DNA of 64,000 nt, from the NCBI GenBank assembly GCA_002269645.1, contig NIVC01002225.1, positions 1 through 64,000 of the forward strand. The letters are read 5' to 3'. The notes under the pieces were generated by a model, which did no database searches, was not told where the DNA came from, and saw only the letters and a program-made list of their open reading frames with translations. How positions within the stretch are numbered: position 1 is the stretch's first letter; the number at the start of each line of letters is the position of its first letter. Source of the stretch: Macrostomum lignano. Lineage: Eukaryota. Shown in pieces: positions 11,801 through 22,785 of this stretch. The position numbers were made by a program, and so were the translations under genes.

Positions 11801-12435
11801 TACTCTAACAGCCTCCTGACAGTACTCTAACAGCCTCGTGACAGTACTCTAACAGCCTCCTGACAGTACCCTAACAGCCTCGTGACAGTACTCTAACAGC
11901 CTCCTGACAGTACTCTAACAGCCTCCTGACAGTACTCTAACAGCCTCCTGACAGTACTCTAACAGCCTCCTGACAGTACTCTAACAGCCTCCTGACAGTA
12001 CTCTAACAGCCTCCTGACAGTATTCTAACAGCCTCCTGACAGTACCCTAACAGCCTCCTGACAGTACTCTAACAGCCTCGTGACAGTACTCTAACAGCCT
12101 CCTGACAGTACTCTAACAGCCTCCTGACAGTACCCTAACAGCCTCCTGACAGTACTCCAACAGCCTCCTGACAGTACCCTAACAGCCTCGTGACAGTACT
12201 CTAACAGCCTCCTGACAGTACCCTAACAGCCTCGTGACAGTACTCTAACAGCCTCCTGACAGTACCCTAACAGCCTCGTGACAGTACTCTAACAGCCTCC
12301 TGACAGTACTCTAACAGCCTCCTGACAGTACTCTAACAGCCTCCTGACAGTACTCTAACAGCCTCCTGACAGTACTCTAATAGCCTCCAGACAGAATGAA
12401 ATTCCTGACGCAATAGACTCACAGTCGTGACCCAT
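8869..12435 (-). CDS. inx: Innexin 2, exons 12435-12423 (micro-exon), 11512-11193 and 9869-8869; 1-nt frameshift at ~11295
   Basis: EDFADKV...PIQCYTPPEWPHPW(E)EYAENYCW requires one added G at tggaag. Phase-1 splice gives LN-YYQWVPF. FPRVTFCD...QCVLPLNILNEKLYIFLWFW present. Intron before the YYQW motif is at the same position as in innexin 1. Confidence 0.85.
10756..11188. repeat. 12-bp minisatellite (CAGATAGACAGG)n in the innexin 2 intron
   Basis: Visible tandem units abutting the donor site at 11192. Confidence 0.95.
11553..12390. repeat. 22-bp minisatellite (CAGCCTCCTGACAGTACTCTAA)n in innexin 2 intron 1
   Basis: Visible tandem units. Confidence 0.95.
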
Positions 12436-12609
12436 AGGTTTTTGGAGAAGATTAATTCAATATAAATCACAAAGCAATTGTTAATGGTGCAAATTTTCTG
12501 TTTCACTTTGGGTTTTTTTGCTACGGTTGATGCATAAAACTATAACTGTAATAACTATATACACGAAATTTATACGGCTGTGCATGACCTATATCTTTGC
12601 ACAATATAT

Positions 12610-12651
<42 letters not shown>

Positions 12652-13080
12652 GGCAGATGAGAAAAGAAGAAAAAATTCTAACTTAGAGAAGAGAAAAACC
12701 CTAAAAGGTAAGAAAAAGCAATCGACCAAAGAAAAGGCACACAATGAACCACGCGCCACGAGTAGGTGGAGCATAAAACATCATTGTGTAGTTGGCTCAT
12801 ATTAATTTATATAATAGTAAACTCAGCTTCCAATAAGTATGCGCGAATAGAAGGATCATGAAGCATAAGCTGGGGAGGGAGTTGTACAAATCGCGTACTC
12901 GAGATGAGCTGCGTACAGCACTGGCATGAGGGGCAGAACGGGAGACACAAGCGGGGACGAAATGGGGGATATTTAAGCGAGTGCCCGCCCACAACGAGGA
13001 GTTGGCGAGAACGCTACGCTGCTAGGGGTGTTACAAAAGTGCACGGACTGAATCCGAAAACAACAACACGGCGACCCCGC

Positions 13081-16000
13081 ATGGAGAGCCGATCTCATTA
13101 CATTGCCACGCAGAGGCGTTTAAAATTTATTGTAAGAGCTTTTAATATTGCTGATCGAGATGATTGCGTCATGGTCTCAGCCGATGAAGACGAACTGTTT
13201 AAGCAACATTGCCACACTGTAGACAGAATAGTGACAGCTCTGTGTCAGGCTGTAGACAGCAAACTGGATTTTGACTGTCCCTGCGGCAGTTTGACGTCCG
13301 CATTGCTCAGCATCTGCAGTCACCACATAGGCTTCCGCTGCTGTCAGAATGCTGTGGCAAAGTACGCGGCCACGAGTGACTTTTTTAGTTCGCTAGCGCA
13401 GCTCGACTGTGCCGCTGGAACGACTAAAAATTCGCCAGATTATAAAGGCCTGGTAACTGGAACTGTCTTTCTTGTGTAATATACTCACTTACTCACTCAC
13501 TCACTCATGAACTCACTCATGAACTCACTCATGAACTCACTTACTCACTCACTCACTCATGAACTCACTCATGAACTCACTCATGAACTCACTCATGAAC
13601 TCACTCATGAACTCACTTACTCACTCACTTACTCACTCACTCACTCATGAACTCACTCATGAACTCACTCATGAACTCACTCATGAACTCACTCATGAAC
13701 TCACTCATGAACTCACTCATGAACTCACTTACTCACTCACTCACTCATGAACTCACTCATGAACTCACTCATGAACTCACTCATGAACTCACTCATGAAC
13801 TCACTCATGAACTCACTCACTCATGAACTCACTCATGAAATCACTCATGAACTCACTCATGAACTCAATCATGAACTCACTCACTCACTCACTGATGAAC
13901 TCACTCATGAACTCACTTATTAACTCACTCATTAACTCACTCGTGAACTCACTTATGAGCTCACTCATTAACTCACTCATGAACTCACTCATGATCTCAC
14001 TCATGAACTCACTCATGAACTCACTCATGAACTCACTTATGAACTCACTCATGAACTCACTTACTCACTCACTCACTCATGAACTCACTCATGAACTCAC
14101 TCATGAACTCACTCATGAACTCACTCATGAACACACTCATGAACTCACTCATGAACTCACTCATGAACTCACTCATGAACACACTCATGAACTCACTCAT
14201 GAACTCACTCATGAACACACTCATGAACTCACTCATGAACTCACTGATGAACTCACTCATGAACTCACTCATGAACTCACTCATGAAATCACTCATGAAC
14301 TCACTCATGAACTCACTCATGAACTCACTCATGAACTCACTCATGAAATCACTCATGAACTCACTCATGAACTCACTCATGAACACATGACCTCACTTAT
14401 AAATTCGCTCATCAACTCGTGAACTCACTCAATCACTAATTCATAAACTTCAGCTTGTCGATCAGTGCCATTTCACAAGTAAGATCCGGTGCTTCATCAG
14501 TCTGGCTCATTCCGCTGTCTGCCTCTCCACTTCAATCGATTATGAATCGCTGCTGAGTCACCCGAGTTGGAAGTTTTTGGCGCACTGCCTCGCTAATATT
14601 GGCGATGACAGGATTGCAGAGCTGTTCTGGCAGCGAGCCTTGAAGCAAGCTGCGATCGACGGTCAACCAAAGCTAGTGGAGCGCTACCACAGCAAGCTGG
14701 CAGTCGGTCAACGCAGAAACGAGTTCTGTCAAGGCCTGATTGCTGATCTGGCCCTGCATGGCAACACTGCGGCGCTGCAGGCTTTGGCTGCAACAATTTC
14801 GGACGATCTTAAGAGAGACCTGTGCTGCAGTAAGTCGGCAGCCAAGGCTGCCCGTGCGGGCCGGTTCGAGGCTGCGGTTCAACTGTTGCTATGCATCGCT
14901 AAATCGTCGGGCACTCACTCGTACATCAGTATTCGGCGAGCATCAAATTTAATGAATCCAGTCAAGAGAAGATCTTTCGAAAAACTGTTGCTCATTGCTG
15001 AACAGAGGGGTCGGACGGAGGAGTTTCTGCGACTGGTGAAACATCTTGATGGGTAGGAGCCGGCTTGAGTAGTATTTCAACCATATGATTTTAACTGATA
15101 AAAACTGACTTGGAAAGCGATGCGCGTTACAGTAGCTACAGACCGGTAAACAAGTATTAATTGGGTTGTTAGGGTACATATTTAAGATGATAGATGACGT
15201 ACTGAAATGATTGAAGGGGTCCATAATGATGATAGAACAGGTGGTGAGACGATAGAACAGGTGGTGAGACGATAGAACAGGTGGTGAGACGATAGAACAG
15301 GTGGTGAGACGATAGAGCAGGTGGTGAGACGACAGAATAGGTGGTGAGACGATAGAACAGGTGGTGAGACGATAGAACAGGTGGTGAGACGATAGAACAG
15401 GTGGTGAGACGATAGAACAGGTGGTGAGACGATAGAGCAGGTGGTGAGACGATAGAACAGGTGGTGAGACGATAGAGCAGGTGGTGAGACGATAGAACAG
15501 GTGGTGAGACGATAGAACAGGTGGTGAGACGATAGAGCAGGTGGTGAGACGATAGAACAGGTGGTGAGACGATAGAACAGAAATGGAGACGATAGAACAG
15601 GTGGTGAGACGATAGAACAGGTGGTGAGACGATAGAACAGAAATGGAGACGATAGAACAGGTGGTGAGACGATAGAACAGGTGGTGAGACGATAGAACAG
15701 AAATGGAGACGATAGAACAGGTGGTGAGACGATAGAACAGACAATAGAAGAGACACTACATATATTACCGCACACCCCTTAGGACTTCTAATGAGCAGAT
15801 CTGTCTGAAATACCTGGCTGAAGTAGTCTTTTTCTCTGGCCGACTCCACCTGCTTCCATCTCTGGTGGCTGACTCGCCCAACCAGGGCGTGAAGATCCGC
15901 GTCCTTGGACTTTTATTAAACGAATCCGATGCGGTCACGGAGCAGCACATCGCGATTGGTCTGAAAATTTTACCTCGAATAGAAAGCCCAGCAAATCGTT

Positions 16001-19000
16001 GGCGGTTCTGCTTGGAGGCTGCCGAGAGAGTCGCCAGGTTAGGCCGCAGCAACCTTCTAGAAGAGCTGATCAAACTGCTGCCGCCTCCGCTTCCCGATGA
16101 TCAGCTTTTGGAGAGAAGAATTACTCCGAAGCAGAAATTGCTAATATTGGTAGCAGAAACCGCGGCAACCGGCGGCGACCTTCGGACTGCCGCTTGGGCG
16201 GCGGGGACTGCAGATTGTGCAGCAATGGAGGATCAGTGCCTCGACAGGGCCAGGCTGGCTGCACAGGCAAGACATCAACTGAGCGTGGCTGTCAGCCTGA
16301 CTCGACTGATTAAGGACGATGGAGCCAGGTAATAATTTTGATTCATTGTGGCTAAACTGGGAGGCTGAGGATTTGGGGATTGGGAAGCTGGGGATCGGGA
16401 ATCTGAGTATTTCCAGCTAAGAATCTGAGAATTACTCGTAAGAATCTGGGGATTAAGAATCTTGGGATTAAGAATCTAGGGATTAAGAATCTTGGGATTA
16501 AGAATCTGAGGATTAAGAATCTGAGGATTAAGAATCTGAGGATTAAGAATCTGAGGATTAAGAATCTGAGGATTAAGAATCTGAGGATTAAGAATCTGAG
16601 GATTAAGAATCTAGGGATTAAGAATCTTGGGATTAAGAATCTGGGGAAATAAGAATCTTGGGATTAAGAATCTGGGGATTAAGAATCTGAGGATTAAGAA
16701 TCTGAGGATTAAGAATCTGAGGATTAAGAATCTTGGGATTAAGAATCTGGGGAAATAAGAATCTTGGGATTAAGAATCTGAGGATTAAGAATCTGAGGAT
16801 TAAGAATCTGAGGATTAAGAATCTGAGGATTAAGAATCTGAGGATTAAGAATCTGAGGATTAAGAATCTGAGGATTAAGAATCTTGGGATTAAGAATCTG
16901 GGGAAATAAGAATCTTGGGATTAAGAATCTGAGGATTAAGAATCTGAGGATTAAGAATCTGAGGATTAAGAATCTGAGGATTAAGAATCTGAGGATTAAG
17001 AATCTGGGGATTAAGAATCTGAGGATTAAGAATCTGAGGATTAAGAATCTGAGGATTAAGAATCTGAGGATTAAGAATCTTGGGATTAAGAATCTGGGGA
17101 AATAAGAATCTTGGGATTAAGAATCTGAGGATTAAGAATCTGAGGATTAAGAATCTGAGGATTAAGAATCTGAGGATTAAGAATCTGAGGATTAAGAATC
17201 TGGGATTAAGAATCTGGGGATTAAGAATCTGAGGATTAAGAATCTGAGGATTAAGAATCTGAGGATTAAGAATCTGAGGATTAAGAATCTGAGGATTAAG
17301 AATCTGAGGATTAAGAATCTGGGGATTAAGAATCTGAGGATTAAGAATCTGAGGATTAAGAATCTGAGGATTAAGAATCTGAGGATTAAGAATCTGAGGA
17401 TTAAGAATCTGGGGATTAAGAATCTGAGGATTAAGAATCTGAGGATTAAGAATCTGAGGATTAAGAATCTGGGGATTAAGAATCTGAGGATTAAGAATCT
17501 GGGGATTAAGAATCTGAGGATTAAGAATCTGAGGATTAAGAATCTGAGGATTAAGAATCTGAGGATTAAGAATCTGGGGATTAAGAATCTGGGGATCGGA
17601 AATCTAGGCATTAAGAATCTGGGGATTAAGAATCTGAGGATTAAGAATCTGAGGATTAAGAATCTGAGGATTAAGAATCTGAGGATTAAGAATCTGGGGA
17701 TTAAGAATCTGGGGATCGGAAATCTAGGCATTAAGAATCTGGGGATTAAGAATCTGGGGATTAAGAATCTGAGGATTAAGAATCTGAGGATTAAGAATCT
17801 GAGGATTAAGAATCTGAGGATTAAGAATCTGAGGATTAAGAATCTGAGGATTAAGAATCTGAGGATTAAGAATCTGAGGATTAAGAATCTGAGGATTAAG
17901 AATCTGGGGATTAAGAATCTGAGGATTAAGAATCTGGGGATTACGAATCTGAGGATTAAGAATCTGGGGATCCGGGGATCAAGAATCTTGAATTGGGAAT
18001 CTGGGGATCGAAAATCCATATGAGAAATCCAGGACCGGGAGCTGCGATCATGGGCTGAAAAATCAGGCGACTGTAATGGGATCTGAGTTGAGCAGTTCGC
18101 CAATTCAGATAAGTGTACCCCTCGCTCAAATTTTACAGCGAGTCCGCAAGAGTAAACGCCTACAAAAACTGTCTAAAAAAATCTCAATCATCGCTAATCA
18201 TAAATGGAACAACAAACCATGGCATCTATCTGGCCGACAATTCGACGAAGAATTTGTACCTGCTGAAATTTTTAGCTGAAACTGTCGCCATAGGAGAGGA
18301 CTACTATGTAAAAGTAAGCAGCTACAGTATTAGATTTCGATCTATTCGGAAAGGAAAACAAAAACTTACAGGTTAAAAAGTATAGGTTTGAATGGGATGG
18401 GGTATACTAGCTTGCAATAAGTAACGGTCTATTTTTCTGTCTGTTCTCTGCCAAAGCAAGTAGTGATGCGCTCTTGCTTATTCTTATTGAGTAATAATCT
18501 TACTTATTAAATCGGTTCAGTTAAGTGTTCAACCATTCACCGTGATTGTGGGATTGGGCGGGTGCAATCTTATCGATTAACTTTGCGGTCGATTTTTACA
18601 GCCACCACCACTCTCTTTTTCAAGCTTCTGCTTGAACACGAGCGTTTTCATTAGCCAATAGCAGCTCTAGTCATGTGTTGGGGTGGGTGCAATCTTATCG
18701 ATTGACTATAGCCGACTGACTATCCAACCACCCAACCCTTTCCTGTGGGGTGGGTGCAATCTTATCGATTGACTATAGCCGACTGACTATTCAACCACCC
18801 AACCCTTTCCTGTGGGGTGGGTGCAATCTTATCGATTGACTATAGCCAACTGACTATTCAACCACCCAACCCTTTCCTGTGGGGTGGGTGCAATCTTATC
18901 GATTGACTATAGCCAACTGACTATTCAACCACCCAACCCTTTCCTGTGGGGTGGGTGCAATCTTATCTCTGGTTGAGTCAGCTTTACAGCCAGCCACACC

Positions 19001-22000
19001 CAGTCTATGATTAGCCTATTTACATGTAATTACCATTGGAAATAGCATTGGAATACCTTACGAAATTTAGGATGGGTTGCAATTTTATCGAGAAATTGAT
19101 TAATTAAGTAGTCTAAGTCACTTTTACAGCCACAAGCCTTTCTTTTTCTATTAGCAGCCTCAGCCCAACTTTGATTTTACACTTTAATAATGTAAACTGG
19201 TCGACTTCCCAGGAACTGGTCGATCTTAACCAGAACCTTAAACAGATTTCTTCGAAAAAAACTCTTGGAAAAACATTTGCGTGCAAGAAATACTTAGAAG
19301 ATCTTTTATAAATTGCGAATTGTTAATTTGCAAATATTAAAATAACATTCGATAACTTCATGCACTAACTACACTCAAGAACGAATGGCTATTGGTTATT
19401 TATTTATTCATGCTAAAATATTCAGAAAATCCTGCTCAACGCAAATCAGCACCAGCTTCATCAGCTGCTGTGCTCCAGCCTCTCTCACGGTCACTCCGCC
19501 CTGGCTACCGCCATATTGCCAAGTATTCAAGATGTCAACAAAAGGCTGGATGACCAACTCTGCAGCACTACTCTGATGCTTGCCGCCGAGCTGGGTCACT
19601 GCCACGTCATTGCCAAACTATTGGAGCGAGGAGCTGACAGAGCGGTGCGAGACACTCAGGGCTGCACAGCGCTGGACAGAGCTCGGCTGTGCGGGCGGAA
19701 CCAAGCAACTTGGGTGCTGGCAGAGGAGGGGAACGTTGAATTGACATCCCCTGCTTCAACTGGGTGAGTATAGTGTGTCAGTGTGTCAGTTTGAGCAGTT
19801 GGTCTTTTGACTCACTGACGCAAATTAAGTCATCAAATCATCAAATCAAATAAAATTAAATTCAAGAGTTGACTCAAAAGTTGTCAGTCAAGCTGTGCTT
19901 TTACCATTCTTGCCTTGCAGCATTCACTTTTAAAAATTCATTTCAGAACCTTTGAACAGGCAGTGCCTGAAAAGAGTCAAATGTGAGTACAATTACATCC
20001 TTTCCGCAATTAAGATTTGAATTGAACGCGAAGCTTCATAAATTAATCATTCGGCTTACCAAGATTTTCTATACATGGGGTAAGAGATGCTCACTACTAA
20101 AAAGCACAGTGCATGTATAGGCAATATATGCGCAGCTTAAAAAGCGATAATAAAGTTCGTCTCAACCTACCTGCAGTGACATTGACCTACACGATTCTCA
20201 GCTCAGCGAGAAGCTGCACTGGGCCCTCACGAGCTCCGGCTTCACCCAGAGCAGAGCGGCTTGTCAGCAGAGGCTGGCAGACTTACTGGAGCGGACAGCC
20301 GCTTGTCTGAGCCTCTCCAAACCCCGTCTGATCGGCAGCTTTGCTGACGGCTGGGGCTGCAGTCTGACAAGGCTGAATGCGAGGCTTTCTGATGGGTCCG
20401 GGATCGACTGGCTGACACCCGTTACGGCTGCTGCTGGCTGCCCAGGTGCGACCAAGCTGCGACTAGACTTCACCGGAGACCCTCCCGATAAAGAGGAGGG
20501 CGCCCAGCTGCTCACTGTAGAAGATGACGCATCGGGATGTGAGTCACAGCTGACCGCAATCAGCCGTAAATCATATCACCTATACGACTTAGTCGGTACC
20601 CAAAACTGTCAAACCATTTGTTGTCTTGCAGTTGGCCAGCAGCCTCCAGTGGCCTCAGCTCCGTGTGGTCTCAGGCCAGCTACCAGCACTACCTTGGCAT
20701 TTCGCAGTCCTCAATCAGCGAGCATTCTGCTCTTGCCTGTGGTTTCCATTCGTAATGCAGCCCTAATCCACCTGCAGCAGACATTCGCTCTCGAAGAGAA
20801 GCAGCGGATGCGACAGCTGAACACAGTCCAGGGCCAGCTGTTCATTCTGCTCAAGTTCCTACTCAAAAACTACCTGGCCGAGGTGTCGCAGTGTCCGGGA
20901 CTAACGAGTCATCACGTCAAGCACCTGCTGTTCTACCTGATTGAGACTCACGGCTCGTGGAACTGGCAAATGTGGCAGCCGCACAAGCTGATAGAGCTCG
21001 CCAAAGAGGCCCTGGACTTGATGATGAAGTTCCTGGACTCGACCAGCTCAAGTGATGATGGTTGCATGCCCAGCTTCTTCAAGCCACATGTTCAGCTGCA
21101 GCTACAATGGACTGGAAGACCTGCGGATGAGGCCAAGACTCGAATTCGAGCTGAGCTGCTCAAAGCTCGGAGTGACCTCGACCCCGCAGTCAAGAAGCTG
21201 ATGAGCCACCTGAAGCCTCTGGATGATGATGACAAGCTGTATTTCGACTTGTTCACTCTGCTACCTTTGACTCTGCCTCCCGATGTGCCTCATGACCGGA
21301 AATCGCAAGCTCCAGACGCTACTGAGCTCGCTGGACTTTACTGCTCAGTGGCGGCGGCTTTGCGAGCTCTGCAAGCTGCAGACGAAGTGGATGGCGAAGG
21401 AGCTCTAATGCGGCAGCTTGAAAGTTGGTACGAGTGCAGCTGGTGTCACTGCGCGGTCAGGTGTTTAGCTGTGATGGCGCAGCTGAAGTACAGGAACAAA
21501 ACTGCGGCGAAGGAGACGCTGAGCGAATTGGTAAGAGACCAGGTGAGAAAACGGCCTCATTTTTGGTGGCGAATTTCAGCTTCGATTGATGAACTAAACA
21601 GGGAAGATTCTAGTGACTCGATTTCTGAACATCTAAAACCCTCCCTTTATCAGGTGATGAGCAGCGGTTGGACGGTCGAAGACCTCAGCAAAGAGGCCAT
21701 ATCGGAGACTCAAAGCTGGCGATGGCCGTTGAGCACCGATTGGGCCTGGAGGTTCTGCCTGCCCTGCGACCGGCGGCCCAGCCTGCCGTTTCTACCCAGG
21801 TTCACCGAGTCGCTGCTCACTGCTCGACTCTGCAGCCGCTCACCGGTGCAGCGCCACCTGTACGTGAACTTCCGCTGTCTGAGCTGGAGTCTGCAAGCTG
21901 AGCTGCTGGGCGGTCGGCGCGCGGCATGCTTTCGAGCCGACGACGGAGCTGCGGGCTCGGGATTCGCCAAGAGGCTGGCGCAGCAGTGGTTCCGGGAGCT

Positions 22001-22211
22001 GCAGGCTGAGTCTGCGGGATCGCAGCTGGACACGGAGGAGCTGGCGACGCTGGCCCACTACACTGACAGCCCGGTGCACCTCCGCTTCTGCCTGGAGCGA
22101 ATGGAGGCGGTTGTTGCTAGGGGGCCACGGGTTGCCATGGACAGCTGCGACAACGAGAGGCTGGAGCGAGTCAGCAGGAAGTTGGGCCGCTTTGGTTGTT
22201 TTATTGGTTAA
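13081..22211 (+). CDS. Alpha-solenoid + ankyrin + Mab-21/cGAS-like (cGLR-type) protein, copy 1; exons 13081-13452, 14454-15052, 15783-16328, 18139-18313, 19426-19763, 20177-20538, 20632-21542, 21654-22211 (~1286 aa)
   Basis: All junctions are GT-AG and phase-consistent (0,2,2,0,2,1,0); total 3861 nt is divisible by 3. Ankyrin repeats TTLMLAAELGHCHVIAKLLERGAD and GCTALDRA. Mab-21 features LIGSFADGW..SGID, QGQLFILLKFLLK, LTSHHVKHLLFYL and MPSFF. Every exon has a paralogous exon in copy 2. Confidence 0.75.
13483..14430. repeat. 12-bp minisatellite (ACTCACTCATGA)n in cGLR-like copy 1 intron 1
   Basis: Visible tandem units; degenerate traces of the same motif at 23200-23380 in copy 2 intron 1. 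Confidence 0.95.
15233..15740. repeat. 20-bp minisatellite (GTGGTGAGACGATAGAACAG)n in copy 1 intron 2
   Basis: Visible tandem units. Confidence 0.95.
16420..17975. repeat. 15-bp minisatellite (GATTAAGAATCTGAG)n in copy 1 intron 3
   Basis: Visible tandem units. Confidence 0.95.
18681..18968. repeat. 67-bp tandem repeat (~4.3 copies) in copy 1 intron 4
   Basis: GGGTGGGTGCAATC recurs at 18681, 18748, 18815, 18882 and 18949. Confidence 0.9.
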
Positions 22212-22785
22212 ACTCGACCAAAGCGATTTAGAAAGGATGCTGTCTTTCGGTGGTGTTTTGGTGGTGCTTTTAGCAGAAAGACGTTTGTTCGGCTGCAACA
22301 TTGGACACAAAAAGAATTATATTATAATCTATGAAATTATTTCGATATCTAAAATATAGTGTCAAAAATATAATATTGCAGTTACGCATGGTTTATGCTA
22401 GATAGAGGTTTGACTTCGCGCTTCGGAAGAACCAAAGAATCCCTTCTGGAAAAAGCATATAGCTACTTTTAGTAGGCATAGATATGTTACTGCTCAAGCA
22501 TTATAGAATTGACATTGTTCCTACCTGAAGCAGATGTGCATTCCCGTTCACTGGCAGTAAGTACTCAGACACTGCAATGAACATGCAAAGTACATTCAAG
22601 CCGGAGAGAATGGACTCAGAGAGATGAGTTGGGCAGAAGTTGGCAAGGTGAGAAGAATGAGCCGAAAATAGCACACGCCAGAGGGCTATAACCGAATCAA
22701 ACCGAAAGTCAGACCTGCCAGTTCTGTGCAAGAAACATTTTCCCCAAGAAATTGCCAGACAAAGTGAATATTTCTTTTGGTTGCC

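Noticed and set aside
13559-14422. (MNSL)n, (HELT)n and (MSEF)n ORFs
   Set aside because: Translations of a 12-bp intronic minisatellite.
16884-18103. (NLRIK)n and (FLILR)n ORFs
   Set aside because: Translations of a 15-bp intronic minisatellite.
18681-18968. CRISPR-like periodicity (67 bp)
   Set aside because: Units are identical along their whole length with no unique spacers, no cas genes, and the context is eukaryotic.
20632-20754. Alternative frame WPAAS...ACGFH suggesting a frameshift in the Mab-21 domain
   Set aside because: The phase-1 splice from exon 6 enters the long open frame directly, and both copies agree; the alternative frame ends in a stop.
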